A stretch of 64,000 nt of DNA from contig CAVYQE010000011.1 in assembly GCA_963770565.1 (NCBI GenBank), forward strand, positions 96,001 to 160,000, written 5' to 3'. Source of the DNA: an uncultured Actinomycetota bacterium (GTDB taxonomy: Bacteria > Actinomycetota > Actinomycetes > JAFAQI01). Shown here piece after piece: positions 9,533 to 18,989 of the stretch. The number at the start of each line of letters is the position of its first letter. Position 1 is the stretch's first letter. Under the pieces are notes generated by a model. It was given only the letters and a program-made list of their open reading frames with translations. It was not told where the DNA came from and ran no database searches. Position numbers and translations under genes: made by a program.

Positions 9533-10699
9533 ATGTATGAGTTGACAGCGGCCGACCTCGACCTCCAGGCCCGGGCCAGGAGCTTCGCCGACGAGCTGAT
9601 CCCGTTCGAGGTGGAAGCCGAGATGGCCGGTGGCGAGCTGCCGCCGTCGGTGGTCGCCGCGCACCGCGCCCGGGCCCACGAGCTGGGCCTCTGCGCGACC
9701 AACATGCCGGTGGAGCTCGGTGGGCTCGGCTGCACCTCGCTCCAGCAGGTGCTGGTGCAGGAACAGATGGGCCGGGTGACCAACGCGCTCGGCTGGGTCG
9801 CCTCCACCCCGCCGTCGTGGTTTCCCGAGGTGGCGACCGAGCACCAGATCGAGCGCTGGCTGCGCCCGACCGTGTCGGGCGACCGCGAGGAGTGCTACGC
9901 GATCACCGAGGCGGGCGCCGGCTCCGACGTCGACGACATCGTGGCGACGGCGCGCCGCGACGGCGACGATTACGTCCTCGACGGCGAGAAGTGGCATGTG
10001 ACGTCGTACAACTCGGCCGACTACGCGTTCTTCCAGGCCAAGCTGGTCGGCGGGCCGAACGAAGGCGCGCACGCGATGTTCCTCGTCGACATCCCGAGCG
10101 ACGGCGTCCGCGTCGTCCGGACGCCGGCCTATACGCACACGATCAGCCACCACCACCCGATCGTCGCGTTCGAGGGGGTGCGGGTGCCGGCCGCCAACAT
10201 GGTCGGCGCAGAAGGCGACGGCATGCGCTTCGCGTACGAGTGGTTCCGGTTCGAGCGGATGATGGTCGCGGCCCGCTGCGTGGGTGCGGCCCAGCGGCTG
10301 GTCGAGGAAATGACCGCCTTCGCCACCGAGCGGGTAATCGGCGGTTCGCCGATCGTGGCCTTCGGTGCGATCCAGGCGATGCTGGCTGACAGCCTGACCG
10401 AGCTGTTCGCGGCCCGCCTGATCACTTACGAGGCCGCCCGCGGCGCCGACCAGGGGCGCGACCTCAAGGTGCAGCACGCCCAGTGCTCGATGGCGAAGCT
10501 CTATGCCTCCGAGATGGCCAACCGGGTGGCCGACCGGGCCGTGCAGGTCTTCGGCGGCCGCGGCTACATGCGCGAGAACGTCGCGGAGCGGTTCTTCCGT
10601 GAGCTGCGGGTCGAGCGGATCTGGGAGGGCACGAGCGAGATCCAGCGCGCGATCATCGCCGGCCGGATGGCGAAGGCCGGGGTCAACGGCATCGTCTGA
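9533..10699 (+). CDS. Acyl-CoA dehydrogenase
   Basis: AITEAGAGSD, LDGEKW, SMAKLYASE, QVFGGRGY, IWEGTSEIQR. Confidence 0.92.
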   Translation: MYELTAADLDLQARARSFADELIPFEVEAEMAGGELPPSVVAAHRARAHELGLCATNMPVELGGLGCTSLQQVLVQEQMGRVTNALGWVASTPPSWFPEVATEHQIERWLRPTVSGDREECYAITEAGAGSDVDDIVATARRDGDDYVLDGEKWHVTSYNSADYAFFQAKLVGGPNEGAHAMFLVDIPSDGVRVVRTPAYTHTISHHHPIVAFEGVRVPAANMVGAEGDGMRFAYEWFRFERMMVAARCVGAAQRLVEEMTAFATERVIGGSPIVAFGAIQAMLADSLTELFAARLITYEAARGADQGRDLKVQHAQCSMAKLYASEMANRVADRAVQVFGGRGYMRENVAERFFRELRVERIWEGTSEIQRAIIAGRMAKAGVNGIV

Positions 10700-10727
10700 G
10701 CCGCCTGTTGCGGCTAGGGTCGCGACG

Positions 10728-11597
10728 ATGGCTGACGATGCCGCCGCGGGCCAGTGGGCGCAGCTCCCGGTCATCGGGGCCAAGCACCCGCTGATCGCGC
10801 AGTACGTCGCGATCCAGAACAACAGCAAACCCAATCCGCAGCGGCTGATCGTGCTGGCCGGATTGTGGGAGATCGAGTCCGCCCTGGACGCCGGCCTCGA
10901 GCTGGTCGCGGCGATCGTGTCGCCCGAGCTGTTCCGGGGCAACCGGGCGTCCGATCTGCTGACCCGGGCCCAGCGGGCCGGTGCACCGGTGTACGCAGTC
11001 AGCCCACGGCTGGCGGCTCGCCTGTCGGACCGGGACTCCTCCGACGGCCTGGCCGCGATCGCGATGTCGCGGCAGTGGAGCCTCGAGGACCTCACGTCGA
11101 TGGTCGCCCGGCCGCCTGAGCCTTCGCTGGTGCTCGTCCTCGACGGGCTCGAGGTCATGGGCAACGTCGGCACCGCGGTGCGTTCCGCGCAGGCCAGCGG
11201 TGCCGCTGCGGTCCTGCTGACCAACCGCCGGGTACGTTTGACTCACCCCCGGCTGATCCACGCCAGCATGGCCGCGTCGCTGACGATGCCGATGGTCGAC
11301 TGCACGGTCGAGTCGGCGGCCGGCTGGCTGCGGGCCCAGGGCTTCCAGGTGGTGCTGACCAACTCGCGGGCGGAGTCGACGTACAAGGCGCTGCGCTATG
11401 CGGACCGGGTCGCGCTGGTGCTTGGCAGCGAGCGCTACGGCATCAACCCGGAGTGGGAGCCGTACGCCGACGCGTCGGTGTCCATCCCGATGTCCGGGGG
11501 AGTCGACTCGTTGAACGTGGCGAACGCGGCCACCATCGTGCTGTTCGAGATCGCCAGCCGACAGCGCCCGGCCGAGTTCGGAATCGCTGATTCCTGA
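10728..11597 (+). CDS. TrmH/SpoU-family RNA 2'-O-methyltransferase
   Basis: GNVGTAVRSA, LGSERYG, IPMSGGVDSLNVANA SPOUT motifs. Confidence 0.88.
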   Translation: MADDAAAGQWAQLPVIGAKHPLIAQYVAIQNNSKPNPQRLIVLAGLWEIESALDAGLELVAAIVSPELFRGNRASDLLTRAQRAGAPVYAVSPRLAARLSDRDSSDGLAAIAMSRQWSLEDLTSMVARPPEPSLVLVLDGLEVMGNVGTAVRSAQASGAAAVLLTNRRVRLTHPRLIHASMAASLTMPMVDCTVESAAGWLRAQGFQVVLTNSRAESTYKALRYADRVALVLGSERYGINPEWEPYADASVSIPMSGGVDSLNVANAATIVLFEIASRQRPAEFGIADS

Positions 11598-11678
11598 ACC
11601 CGGCTTCGTTGGGAGAGAATTCGCCCGGTCTTCAGAGTGTCGCTGCCCACCGGGCCGGAAAAATGTGGGCAGAATGGC

Positions 11679-11715
11679 GTAAGGCCCCTCCAAGTATGAG
11701 TTGGAGGGGCCTTAC
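11679..11715. terminator. Perfect 15-bp stem hairpin (probable bidirectional terminator)
   Basis: GTAAGGCCCCTCCAA-GTATGAG-TTGGAGGGGCCTTAC. Confidence 0.75.
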
Positions 11716-11867
11716 TCGGCTCCGCTGCACCGGCGGCTCCGATTGCTCGGATCACCGTGCGTTGCCTTGCCGGTACCGGTTCCTTGAGACCCGCCCGATG
11801 AGCCGGTTACCCGACTTACCTTGCGTGTCGGAGTTTCCCCCGACTCGATCTCCGGCCTCCCGGTGAC
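11679..11867 (-). ncRNA. Candidate ~190-nt structured small RNA
   Basis: Minus-strand TTGTGC-17-TAGACA promoter-like element, two GNRA-capped stems, terminal 15-bp hairpin, no credible ORF. Confidence 0.5.
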
Positions 11868-11935
11868 AAAGCAATGTCTAGTGGGTGCACGCGCCGGGCA
11901 CAAGAGGTTTCTCAAAGTTTTTTCAAGATCTTTTT

Positions 11936-12021
11936 GCGTCCACACGATGTCCACAACGAAGCCGCCGTTATCCCCCGGAAAGATCACCTCATCCACCGCT
12001 TCATCCACCGCGTCGTCCACA
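11936..12021 (+). repeat. Cluster of six co-oriented DnaA-box-like 9-mers
   Basis: GCGTCCACA, ATGTCCACA, TTATCCCCC, TCATCCACC x2, TCGTCCACA compared with consensus TT(A/G)TCCACA. Confidence 0.5.
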
Positions 12022-12093
12022 GAAGCGGGTTTTTGGGCCGGATTTCGCTCTCCGCTGGTTGCGACAATGTCGCAGTTAGGGCAGGATGAAAAC

Positions 12094-13233
12094 ATGTCCC
12101 CGCCGGCCGCGTCCACGCCGCTTCGCGGAAGGTTGGCACAGCTTCGGGCCGGGTTGACGCCGGCCGAGTGGACCCGGCTCGGCGGCATGGTCGCGGTGAT
12201 CATCGCGCTGCACGTGATCGGCTGGTTCACCCTGATCGCGGTCGTCTCGCCCCACCACTACAGCGTCGGCACCAAGACCTTCGGGATTGGGATGGGGGTG
12301 ACGGCGTACACCCTGGGGATGCGGCACGCCTTCGACGCGGACCACATCGCGGCCATCGACAACACCACCCGCAAGCTGATGGCTGACGGCAAGCGGCCGC
12401 TGTCGGTGGGGTTCTGGTTCTCCCTCGGGCACTCGACGATCGTGTTCGGGCTGGCCGGACTGCTCTCCTTCGGGGTGAAGGCGCTGGTCGGGCCGGTGCG
12501 CAACGACCAGTCGTCGCTGCACCACTACACCGGGGTGATCGGCACCAGCGTGTCCGGTACCTTTCTCTACGCGATCGCCGCGATCAACCTGGTGATCCTG
12601 GTCGGGATCGTGAAGGTCTTCCGCGACATCCGCCGCGGTGTCTACGACGAGGAAGCGCTCGAGGAGCAACTGAACAACCGCGGCCTGATGAACCGGATCC
12701 TCCGGCCGGTGATGCAGACGATCCGCCGCCCGGCCCAGATGTATCCGGTCGGGGTGCTGTTCGGGCTCGGTTTCGACACCGCGAGCGAGGTGGCGCTGCT
12801 CGTCCTGGCGTCCGCCGGGGCGGCGAGCGGCCTGCCCTGGTACGCGATCCTGTGCCTGCCGGTGCTCTTCGCCGCGGGCATGTGCCTGTTCGACACGATC
12901 GACGGCACCTTCATGAACTTCGCGTACGGCTGGGCGTTCTCCAAGCCGATCCGCAAGGTCTACTACAACCTGACCATCACGTCGCTGTCGGTGATGGTCG
13001 CGCTGGTCATCGGCACGGTCGAGCTGCTCGGCCTGCTTTCCCAGCAACTCGGCATCACAGGTCGGTTCTGGACGGACTTGCAGAACGCCGACATCAACAC
13101 CTTGGGCTTCATCATCGTCGGGATGTTTGCGGTCACCTGGATGATCGCGCTGCTGATCTGGCGGTTCGGCCGGATCGAGGAGAAGTGGAGCAGCGGCATG
13201 CGGGTTGCCGAGCTCGCGAACAGCTCGGACTGA
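12094..13233 (+). CDS. nicT: HoxN/HupN/NixA (NiCoT) nickel/cobalt permease
   Basis: Signature LGMRHAFDADHIAAIDN, FSLGHS, LGFDTA. Confidence 0.93.
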   Translation: MSPPAASTPLRGRLAQLRAGLTPAEWTRLGGMVAVIIALHVIGWFTLIAVVSPHHYSVGTKTFGIGMGVTAYTLGMRHAFDADHIAAIDNTTRKLMADGKRPLSVGFWFSLGHSTIVFGLAGLLSFGVKALVGPVRNDQSSLHHYTGVIGTSVSGTFLYAIAAINLVILVGIVKVFRDIRRGVYDEEALEEQLNNRGLMNRILRPVMQTIRRPAQMYPVGVLFGLGFDTASEVALLVLASAGAASGLPWYAILCLPVLFAAGMCLFDTIDGTFMNFAYGWAFSKPIRKVYYNLTITSLSVMVALVIGTVELLGLLSQQLGITGRFWTDLQNADINTLGFIIVGMFAVTWMIALLIWRFGRIEEKWSSGMRVAELANSSD

Positions 13234-13265
13234 ACCTCGTCGTAGCCGGCTAGTACGGTCGGCCC

Positions 13266-14234
13266 GTGCGGACCTGGTTGACCCAGCGCTTCGGGCTGGT
13301 CACCCCGGTCGTGTGCGCGCCGATGTTCGGCGCTGGCGGACCCCGCCTCGCAGCCGCGGTCTCCGCGGCCGGTGGCCTCGGCATGATCGGCGCCGGCAGC
13401 GCGACCACCGCGGACTCGCTCGCCGCCGACTGCGACCGGCTTGCGGCTTCGGGCCGCCCGTACGGCGTGGGCCTGATGGCCTGGGCGCTCGACCACGATC
13501 CCGCCCCGTTTGAGGCGACCCTGGCCGCGGCACCGCCGTTGGTGTCGGTCAGCTTCGGTGCGTATCAGCGCTACGTCGCCCCGCTGCAGGCGGCGGGTGT
13601 GACGGTTGCGGTGCAGGCCGGCACGCTCGACGAGGCCAAGGCGGCGGAACAGGCCGGGGCCGACCTGATCGTGGCCCGCGGCGGCGAAGCCGGCGGGCAC
13701 GGGCGCAACGAGGTCGCGACCTTGCCGCTGCTGCAAGCGGTGCTCGACGCGGTCGAGACGCCGGTAGCGGCGGCCGGTGGCGTCGCCAACTCGCGCGGCC
13801 TGGCTGCCGTGCTCGCCGCCGGTGCGGTCGGCGGGTGGTGTGGCACGGCGTTCCTCGTCTGCGTGGAGGCGGAGACGACCCCCGCCGCGCGGGCCCGGCT
13901 GCTCGACGCGGTCGACACCGACACCGCCTACGGCCGGGTGTTCGATGTCGCGCAGCGGCTCGACTGGCCGCCTGAGTTCGGCGCCCGCGGGTTGCGCAAC
14001 CCGTTCTTCAGTCGCTGGGCCGGTCGTGAGGACGAGCTCGCCGCCGATGATGCCGCCCGGCAGGAGCTCGCCGATGGCCGAGCGGCCGCCGACTACGACA
14101 TCGCGTTCGTCTACGCCGGCCAGGGCGCCGCCCTGCTGGGCGAGCAGCGCACCGCCGCCGACGTGGTGGCCGAGTTCGCCCGGGCCGGCGAACTGCTCGC
14201 CCGGGCCGCAAGGATGGCCGAGGAGGCACCGTGA
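13266..14234 (+). CDS. Nitronate monooxygenase family flavoprotein
   Basis: PVVCAPM, SAAGGLG, EAGGH, AAGG, GTAF, YAGQG. Confidence 0.88.
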   Translation: MRTWLTQRFGLVTPVVCAPMFGAGGPRLAAAVSAAGGLGMIGAGSATTADSLAADCDRLAASGRPYGVGLMAWALDHDPAPFEATLAAAPPLVSVSFGAYQRYVAPLQAAGVTVAVQAGTLDEAKAAEQAGADLIVARGGEAGGHGRNEVATLPLLQAVLDAVETPVAAAGGVANSRGLAAVLAAGAVGGWCGTAFLVCVEAETTPAARARLLDAVDTDTAYGRVFDVAQRLDWPPEFGARGLRNPFFSRWAGREDELAADDAARQELADGRAAADYDIAFVYAGQGAALLGEQRTAADVVAEFARAGELLARAARMAEEAP

Positions 14235-14575
14235 AAGGCGTCGACCTCGAGGACATCCGCGCGATCACGTCGACGCTGCCGCGCAGCGAGGAGCACCTGA
14301 TCCGGGAGAGCGTGAAGTTCCGGATCCGCAGCCTGGTCTATGCGGCGGTGTCGCCGGACGAGACGACGATGGGGTTCGCGTTCCCGAAGGAGGAGCGCGC
14401 CGCGCTGGTCGCGGCCGAGCCGGAGAAGTTCCTGATGCCGGTGAAGTCCGACGAGCGCTACAACTGGGTGCGGGTCCGGTTGGCGGAGATCGACGAGGTG
14501 GAGCTCCGCGAGCTCGTGGTCGAGGCCTGGCGGATGTGCGTGCCGAAGTTCATCTCCGCGATGGTTCCCGGATAG
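14231..14575 (+). CDS. MmcQ/YjbR-family protein
   Basis: VKFRI...MGFAFPKEERAAL...YNWV...ELVVEAWRMCVPK pattern. Confidence 0.8.
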   Translation: MKGVDLEDIRAITSTLPRSEEHLIRESVKFRIRSLVYAAVSPDETTMGFAFPKEERAALVAAEPEKFLMPVKSDERYNWVRVRLAEIDEVELRELVVEAWRMCVPKFISAMVPG

Positions 14576-14588
14576 CGCCCGCGACGAC

Positions 14589-15746
14589 TCAGTACTGCAG
14601 GCCGCCGCGGCGGATCAGCTGCCGGACGATGACATTGCGCTGAATCTCGTTGGTGCCCTCGCCGACGATCATCAGCGGAGCGTCCCGGAAGTAGCGCTGG
14701 ACGTCGACATCGGACGAGTAGCCCTGCGCGCCGTGGATCCGGATCGCGGTGAGCGCTGCCTCCATACAGATCTCCGAGGCATACAGCTTCGCCATGCCGG
14801 CTTCGAGGTCGCAGCGCTCGCCCGCGCCGAGCCGCTGCGCCGCGTCGTCGATCAGCAGCCGGGCCGCGGTGATCTTGGTGGCCAGGTCGGCCAGGTAGTT
14901 GCCGATCGACTGGTGTTCCCAGATCGGGCGACCGAAGGTCTCGCGCTGCTGGGCGTAGGCGAACGAGTCGTCGAAGGCGGCCTGAGCGACTCCGAGCGCG
15001 CGTGCCGCGACCTGGATCCGGCCGAGCTCGAGGCCCTTCATCATCTGCGCAAAGCCGCTGCCTTCTTCGGCACCGAGCAACGCGTCGGCCGGGATGCGGT
15101 AGTCATCGAAGAACAGCTCGCAGGTCTCGACTCCCTTGTAGCCGAGCTTGGGCAGCGGGGCGCCGACCGTGAGACCGGGGCCTTTCTCGACCAACAGGAT
15201 GCTGATGCCGCGGTGCGCCGGCTCTGCATCGGGATCGGTCTTGCACAGCAGGGCGATCAGCCCGGCGTGCTGGGCGTTGGTGATCCACGCCTTCGTGCCG
15301 TTGACGACGTAGGAGTCGCCGTCGCGACGGGCGACGGTGCGAAGGGCCTGCAGGTCCGACCCGCCGCTCGGCTCAGTCAGCGCCATCGCGGCCCGGATCT
15401 CGCCGGTTGCGAGTCGCGGGAGGTAGCGCTGCTTCTGCGCGTCGGTGCCGAACTGCACGAGCAGCGTCGAGACGACTGCGTGGGTGCCCATCGCGCCGGC
15501 CAGGCTCATCCAGCCGCGAGCCAGCTCGGCGGTGATCCGGGCATAGCAGGGGATGGATACCAGCGCCGCGCCGTACGGCTCGGGGATGGCCAGCCCGAAG
15601 ATCCCCATCTCCTTCATCGCCTCGATCAGGGCCTGGGGGTAGACGTCGTCGCGTTCGAGGTCGTGGGCGACCGGGCGCACCTTGTCGTCGACGAACCGGC
15701 GGACGAGTTCGACGATGCTGCGTTCGTCGGCGCTCAGCTCGTTCAT
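14589..15746 (-). CDS. Acyl-CoA dehydrogenase
   Basis: ALTEPSGGSD, NGTKAWITN, MAKLYASE, IHGAQGY, VGEGTNEIQR. Confidence 0.92.
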   Translation of the reverse strand: MNELSADERSIVELVRRFVDDKVRPVAHDLERDDVYPQALIEAMKEMGIFGLAIPEPYGAALVSIPCYARITAELARGWMSLAGAMGTHAVVSTLLVQFGTDAQKQRYLPRLATGEIRAAMALTEPSGGSDLQALRTVARRDGDSYVVNGTKAWITNAQHAGLIALLCKTDPDAEPAHRGISILLVEKGPGLTVGAPLPKLGYKGVETCELFFDDYRIPADALLGAEEGSGFAQMMKGLELGRIQVAARALGVAQAAFDDSFAYAQQRETFGRPIWEHQSIGNYLADLATKITAARLLIDDAAQRLGAGERCDLEAGMAKLYASEICMEAALTAIRIHGAQGYSSDVDVQRYFRDAPLMIVGEGTNEIQRNVIVRQLIRRGGLQY

Positions 15747-15833
15747 CTGCTCCCCTCACGCTGCGGCGGCTTCATCCTGCCGCAGCCCGGCGTGAGAGCC
15801 TGGGCCGGTGGTTCGGCGGCGACGAGCTCGGTG

Positions 15834-16832
15834 ATGGCCGAACTCTCGCCGGCCGACATTGACGCCGCGGCGCAGCGGTTGCGCGGCCACGCCCATCGAA
15901 CCCCGGTGCTCACGTCGGCGACGCTGGACCAGTTGGCCGGTGCCGAGGTCTCGCTCAAGTGCGAGAACTTCCAGCGGGCCGGCGCGTTCAAGTTCCGCGG
16001 CGCCTACAACGCGATCGCCTGCCTCGACCCGGCCGCGCGCGCCCGCGGGGTCGCGACCTTCTCGTCCGGCAACCACGGGCAGGCGGTCGCCCTTGCCGCC
16101 CGTGAGTTCGCAACGACCGCGACCGTGCTGATGCCGCTCGACGCGCCGGCCGGCAAGGTTGCCGCAGTCAAGGAGTACGGCGCAGCCGTCGTCACCTACG
16201 ACCGCTACACCGAGGACCGTCGTGCCCTGACCGAGCAGCTCGCGGCGGATGCGGGACTGGCGATCGTCCCGCCGTACGACCATCTCGACGTCATGGCCGG
16301 GCAGGGAACGGTCGGGCTCGAGCTGCTGGAGCAAGCCGGCGGGCTCGACGCAGTCGTGGTGCCGCTCGGCGGCGGCGGCCTGATGGCCGGTGTCGCGACC
16401 GCGGTGACCAGCCGGAGCCCGGGCACCGCGGTGATCGGGGTCGAGCCGGCCGCCGGCGACGACCACTGGCAGTCGTTGCGGGCCGGCGCCCGGGTGCGGA
16501 TCCCGGTGCCGCACACGATCGCCGACGGCCTCGCCGTCGACATGCCGGGCGAGCTGACCTTCGCGGTCAACCGCCGACTGGTCGACGAGGTGGTCCGGGT
16601 GAGCGACGCCCAAATCGTCGCGGCGATGCGCTTCCTGTTCGAGCGGATGAAGATCGTGGTCGAGCCCAGCGGCGCGGTCGGGGTGGCGGCGCTGCTCTCC
16701 GGCGCGCTCGAGCCGCCCGGCCGACGCGTCGGCGTCGTGATCTCCGGCGGCAACGTGGACGCCGTACGGTTCGCTGAACTGCTCGAACCGTTGGAATCAA
16801 ACGGGTTTGCGCATCCGGAGGTGGAGCAATGA
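15834..16832 (+). CDS. PLP-dependent threonine/serine (or hydroxyaspartate) ammonia-lyase, catalytic domain only
   Basis: KCENFQRAGAFKFRGA, SSGNH, GGGGL, EPSG, SGGN. Confidence 0.9.
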   Translation: MAELSPADIDAAAQRLRGHAHRTPVLTSATLDQLAGAEVSLKCENFQRAGAFKFRGAYNAIACLDPAARARGVATFSSGNHGQAVALAAREFATTATVLMPLDAPAGKVAAVKEYGAAVVTYDRYTEDRRALTEQLAADAGLAIVPPYDHLDVMAGQGTVGLELLEQAGGLDAVVVPLGGGGLMAGVATAVTSRSPGTAVIGVEPAAGDDHWQSLRAGARVRIPVPHTIADGLAVDMPGELTFAVNRRLVDEVVRVSDAQIVAAMRFLFERMKIVVEPSGAVGVAALLSGALEPPGRRVGVVISGGNVDAVRFAELLEPLESNGFAHPEVEQ

Positions 16833-17326
16833 CCGAGCGGGCCGGTTGGCAGGGGCGATTCTTCGAGGACTTCGAGGTCGGTGACGTCTACCGCCATCCG
16901 ATCGGCCGGACGGTCACTGCGACCGACAACTCCTGGTTCACCCTGCTCACGCAGAACACCGCGCGGATCCACTTCGACGAGCACTACGCCAGCCAGACCG
17001 AGTTCGGCCGACCGCTGGTCAACTCGGCGTTCGCACTCGCGCTGGTGACCGGGCAGTCCGTCATCGACATCTCGCAGAACGTCTTCGCGAACCTCGGCTG
17101 GGACGAGGTCCGGCTCCCGAACCCGCTGTTCGAGGGCGAGACGGTCTACTCGGTGTCCGAGGTGCTCGCGGTCCGTCGTTCGCAGAGCCGCCCGCAGGCC
17201 GGGATCGTGACCGTGCAGACCACCGGCTACACCGCCGAGGGCAAGGTGGTGATCACCTTCAAACGCACGGTGATGGTCTATCTGCGCGGGCACGGTCCGA
17301 TCACGCCGCCACCGCCGGCCAGATGA
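16829..17326 (+). CDS. MaoC-family (R)-specific acyl-CoA hydratase/dehydratase
   Basis: FFEDFEVG, GRTVTATDN, TQNTARIHFD, ANLG. Confidence 0.88.
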   Translation: MTERAGWQGRFFEDFEVGDVYRHPIGRTVTATDNSWFTLLTQNTARIHFDEHYASQTEFGRPLVNSAFALALVTGQSVIDISQNVFANLGWDEVRLPNPLFEGETVYSVSEVLAVRRSQSRPQAGIVTVQTTGYTAEGKVVITFKRTVMVYLRGHGPITPPPPAR

Positions 17327-18132
17327 GCTGGCAACCGCCGGGGCCGGCGCTGCTGTTCTGCCCGGGAGACCGACCGGACCGATTCGCGAAGGCGGCGGCG
17401 ATCGCCGACGCGGTCATCGTCGATCTCGAGGACGGTGTTGCGCCGGCCGACAAACCGGCGGCCCGGCTCGCGTTGGCACCGGCCGGGCTCGATCCGGACC
17501 GCACAGTGGTCCGGATCAACCCGGTCGGTACGGCGGACCATGCACTCGACCTGGCCGCACTCGCCGGCACGCCGTACCGCGTGGTGATGCTCGCGAAAAC
17601 CGAGACCGCAGAACAGGTTCAGGGCCTTGCGCCGCGAGCGGTGGTGGCGCTCTGCGAGACTCCGGCCGGCATCCTTGCCGCCGCCGACATCGCGGCGGCC
17701 TCGGCCGCAGTGATGTGGGGTGCGGAGGACCTCATCGCCGGGCTGGGTGGCCGGTCGAGCCGGCGCGCGGACGGCTCCTTTCGCGACGTCGCATCTCATG
17801 CCCGTTCACAGGTGCTGCTGGCGGCCGGTGCGGCCGGGGTGCCTGCGATCGACACGATCCACGTCGACTTCACCGACCTGAGCGGGCTGGCCGCGCAGGC
17901 CGATGACGCGGCCGGCTCAGGGTTCGCAGCGTTGGCGTGCATCCATCCGCGTCAGGTCGATGTCGTTCGGGCCGCCTTCCGGGGCACCGACGAGGAAATC
18001 GCGTGGGCCCGCCGGGTGATCGGCGAGGCGGCCGGCCGGCCCGGCGCGTTTCGCTTCGAGGGACGGATGGTCGACGCGCCGGTCCTTCGTCACGCCGCGT
18101 TGATCGTCGCGCGGGCCGAGGGCCGCAGCTGA
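17323..18132 (+). CDS. CitE-like CoA-ester lyase (HpcH/HpaI aldolase-citrate lyase family)
   Basis: LFCPG, DLEDGV, VRIN, WGAEDL, CIHP, GRMVDAP. Confidence 0.88.
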   Translation: MSWQPPGPALLFCPGDRPDRFAKAAAIADAVIVDLEDGVAPADKPAARLALAPAGLDPDRTVVRINPVGTADHALDLAALAGTPYRVVMLAKTETAEQVQGLAPRAVVALCETPAGILAAADIAAASAAVMWGAEDLIAGLGGRSSRRADGSFRDVASHARSQVLLAAGAAGVPAIDTIHVDFTDLSGLAAQADDAAGSGFAALACIHPRQVDVVRAAFRGTDEEIAWARRVIGEAAGRPGAFRFEGRMVDAPVLRHAALIVARAEGRS

Positions 18133-18162
18133 CCGGTCTGATCCAATCGGTCGGGGGTCTGC

Positions 18163-18930
18163 TCAGCCCATCCGTACGGTCGCCGAGGTGCCGAACCGTT
18201 GCGCCACACCGATCTTGAGGCTGGTCAGCCGTTCTTTCGTCAAGGCGCTTCCGGCGACGACGAGCGCGCGTTGCGCCGCGCCGTCACCGCCGAACGCCTT
18301 GATCGCCAGCTCGGGGTAGACGTTCGCAACTGCGAGGAGCGCTCCGGCACAGCCCAGAGCGCCGGCGACCAGGGTCAGGCTGTGCGCGCCGGTGTAGATC
18401 GCGCCCGGGAACGTCTCGAGCTCGTCGTAGAGCCGGCCGATGTCGCCGCTGGAGTCCTTGATCCCGGCCACCGGGAGCCCGGCCAACGTGTCGACGCCGA
18501 TCCCGGGCGCGGACGCGAACGGATAGTGATAAGCGAGCAGCGGCGTCGAGCCGGCCGTCTTCGCCAGCGCCTCGTAGTACGGCCTCGGGTCGGCGCTTCC
18601 CGGTGGGGACAGCGCGAGCACCGCATCGGCGCCGGCATCGCACACCGCAGTCGTGATCTCGACGGCTTGGCGGGTCGACGGCGCACCAGCACCGGCAAGG
18701 ACGGCGACTCCGGCCGGCAGTGCGGCGCGCACCGCACGGACCAGGTCGGCCCGCTCCTTGAGGCTCAGCGAGCCTGCTTCTCCGGTCGTGCCCGCCACCA
18801 GGAATGACACCAGGCCGGTCTCGGCGAGCTGCGCGGCGAGGTCGGCGGTGGCTTTGGCATCGACCTCGCCGGCCGGGTCGAACACGGTGACGAGCGCCGC
18901 TCCCACGCCGGCTGGAAGTGCACTCGACAT
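18163..18930 (-). CDS. Dihydrodipicolinate synthase (DapA/NanA)-family lyase
   Basis: GTTGE, YHYP, GIKDSSG Schiff-base Lys. Confidence 0.85.
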   Translation of the reverse strand: MSSALPAGVGAALVTVFDPAGEVDAKATADLAAQLAETGLVSFLVAGTTGEAGSLSLKERADLVRAVRAALPAGVAVLAGAGAPSTRQAVEITTAVCDAGADAVLALSPPGSADPRPYYEALAKTAGSTPLLAYHYPFASAPGIGVDTLAGLPVAGIKDSSGDIGRLYDELETFPGAIYTGAHSLTLVAGALGCAGALLAVANVYPELAIKAFGGDGAAQRALVVAGSALTKERLTSLKIGVAQRFGTSATVRMG

Positions 18931-18989
18931 CCGCGGACCCCCTTCGCCCACTCGCATCGGGATTGTCGCAATTGCGCTCGACGGATCCC

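Noticed and set aside
11936-12021. Chromosomal origin (oriC)
   Set aside because: No dnaA, dnaN or rpmH is nearby, and the boxes are degenerate.
11600-12093. Cobalamin or NiCo riboswitch upstream of the NiCoT gene
   Set aside because: No B12-box or related conserved motifs were recognised on the + strand. The structured features point to a minus-strand transcript.
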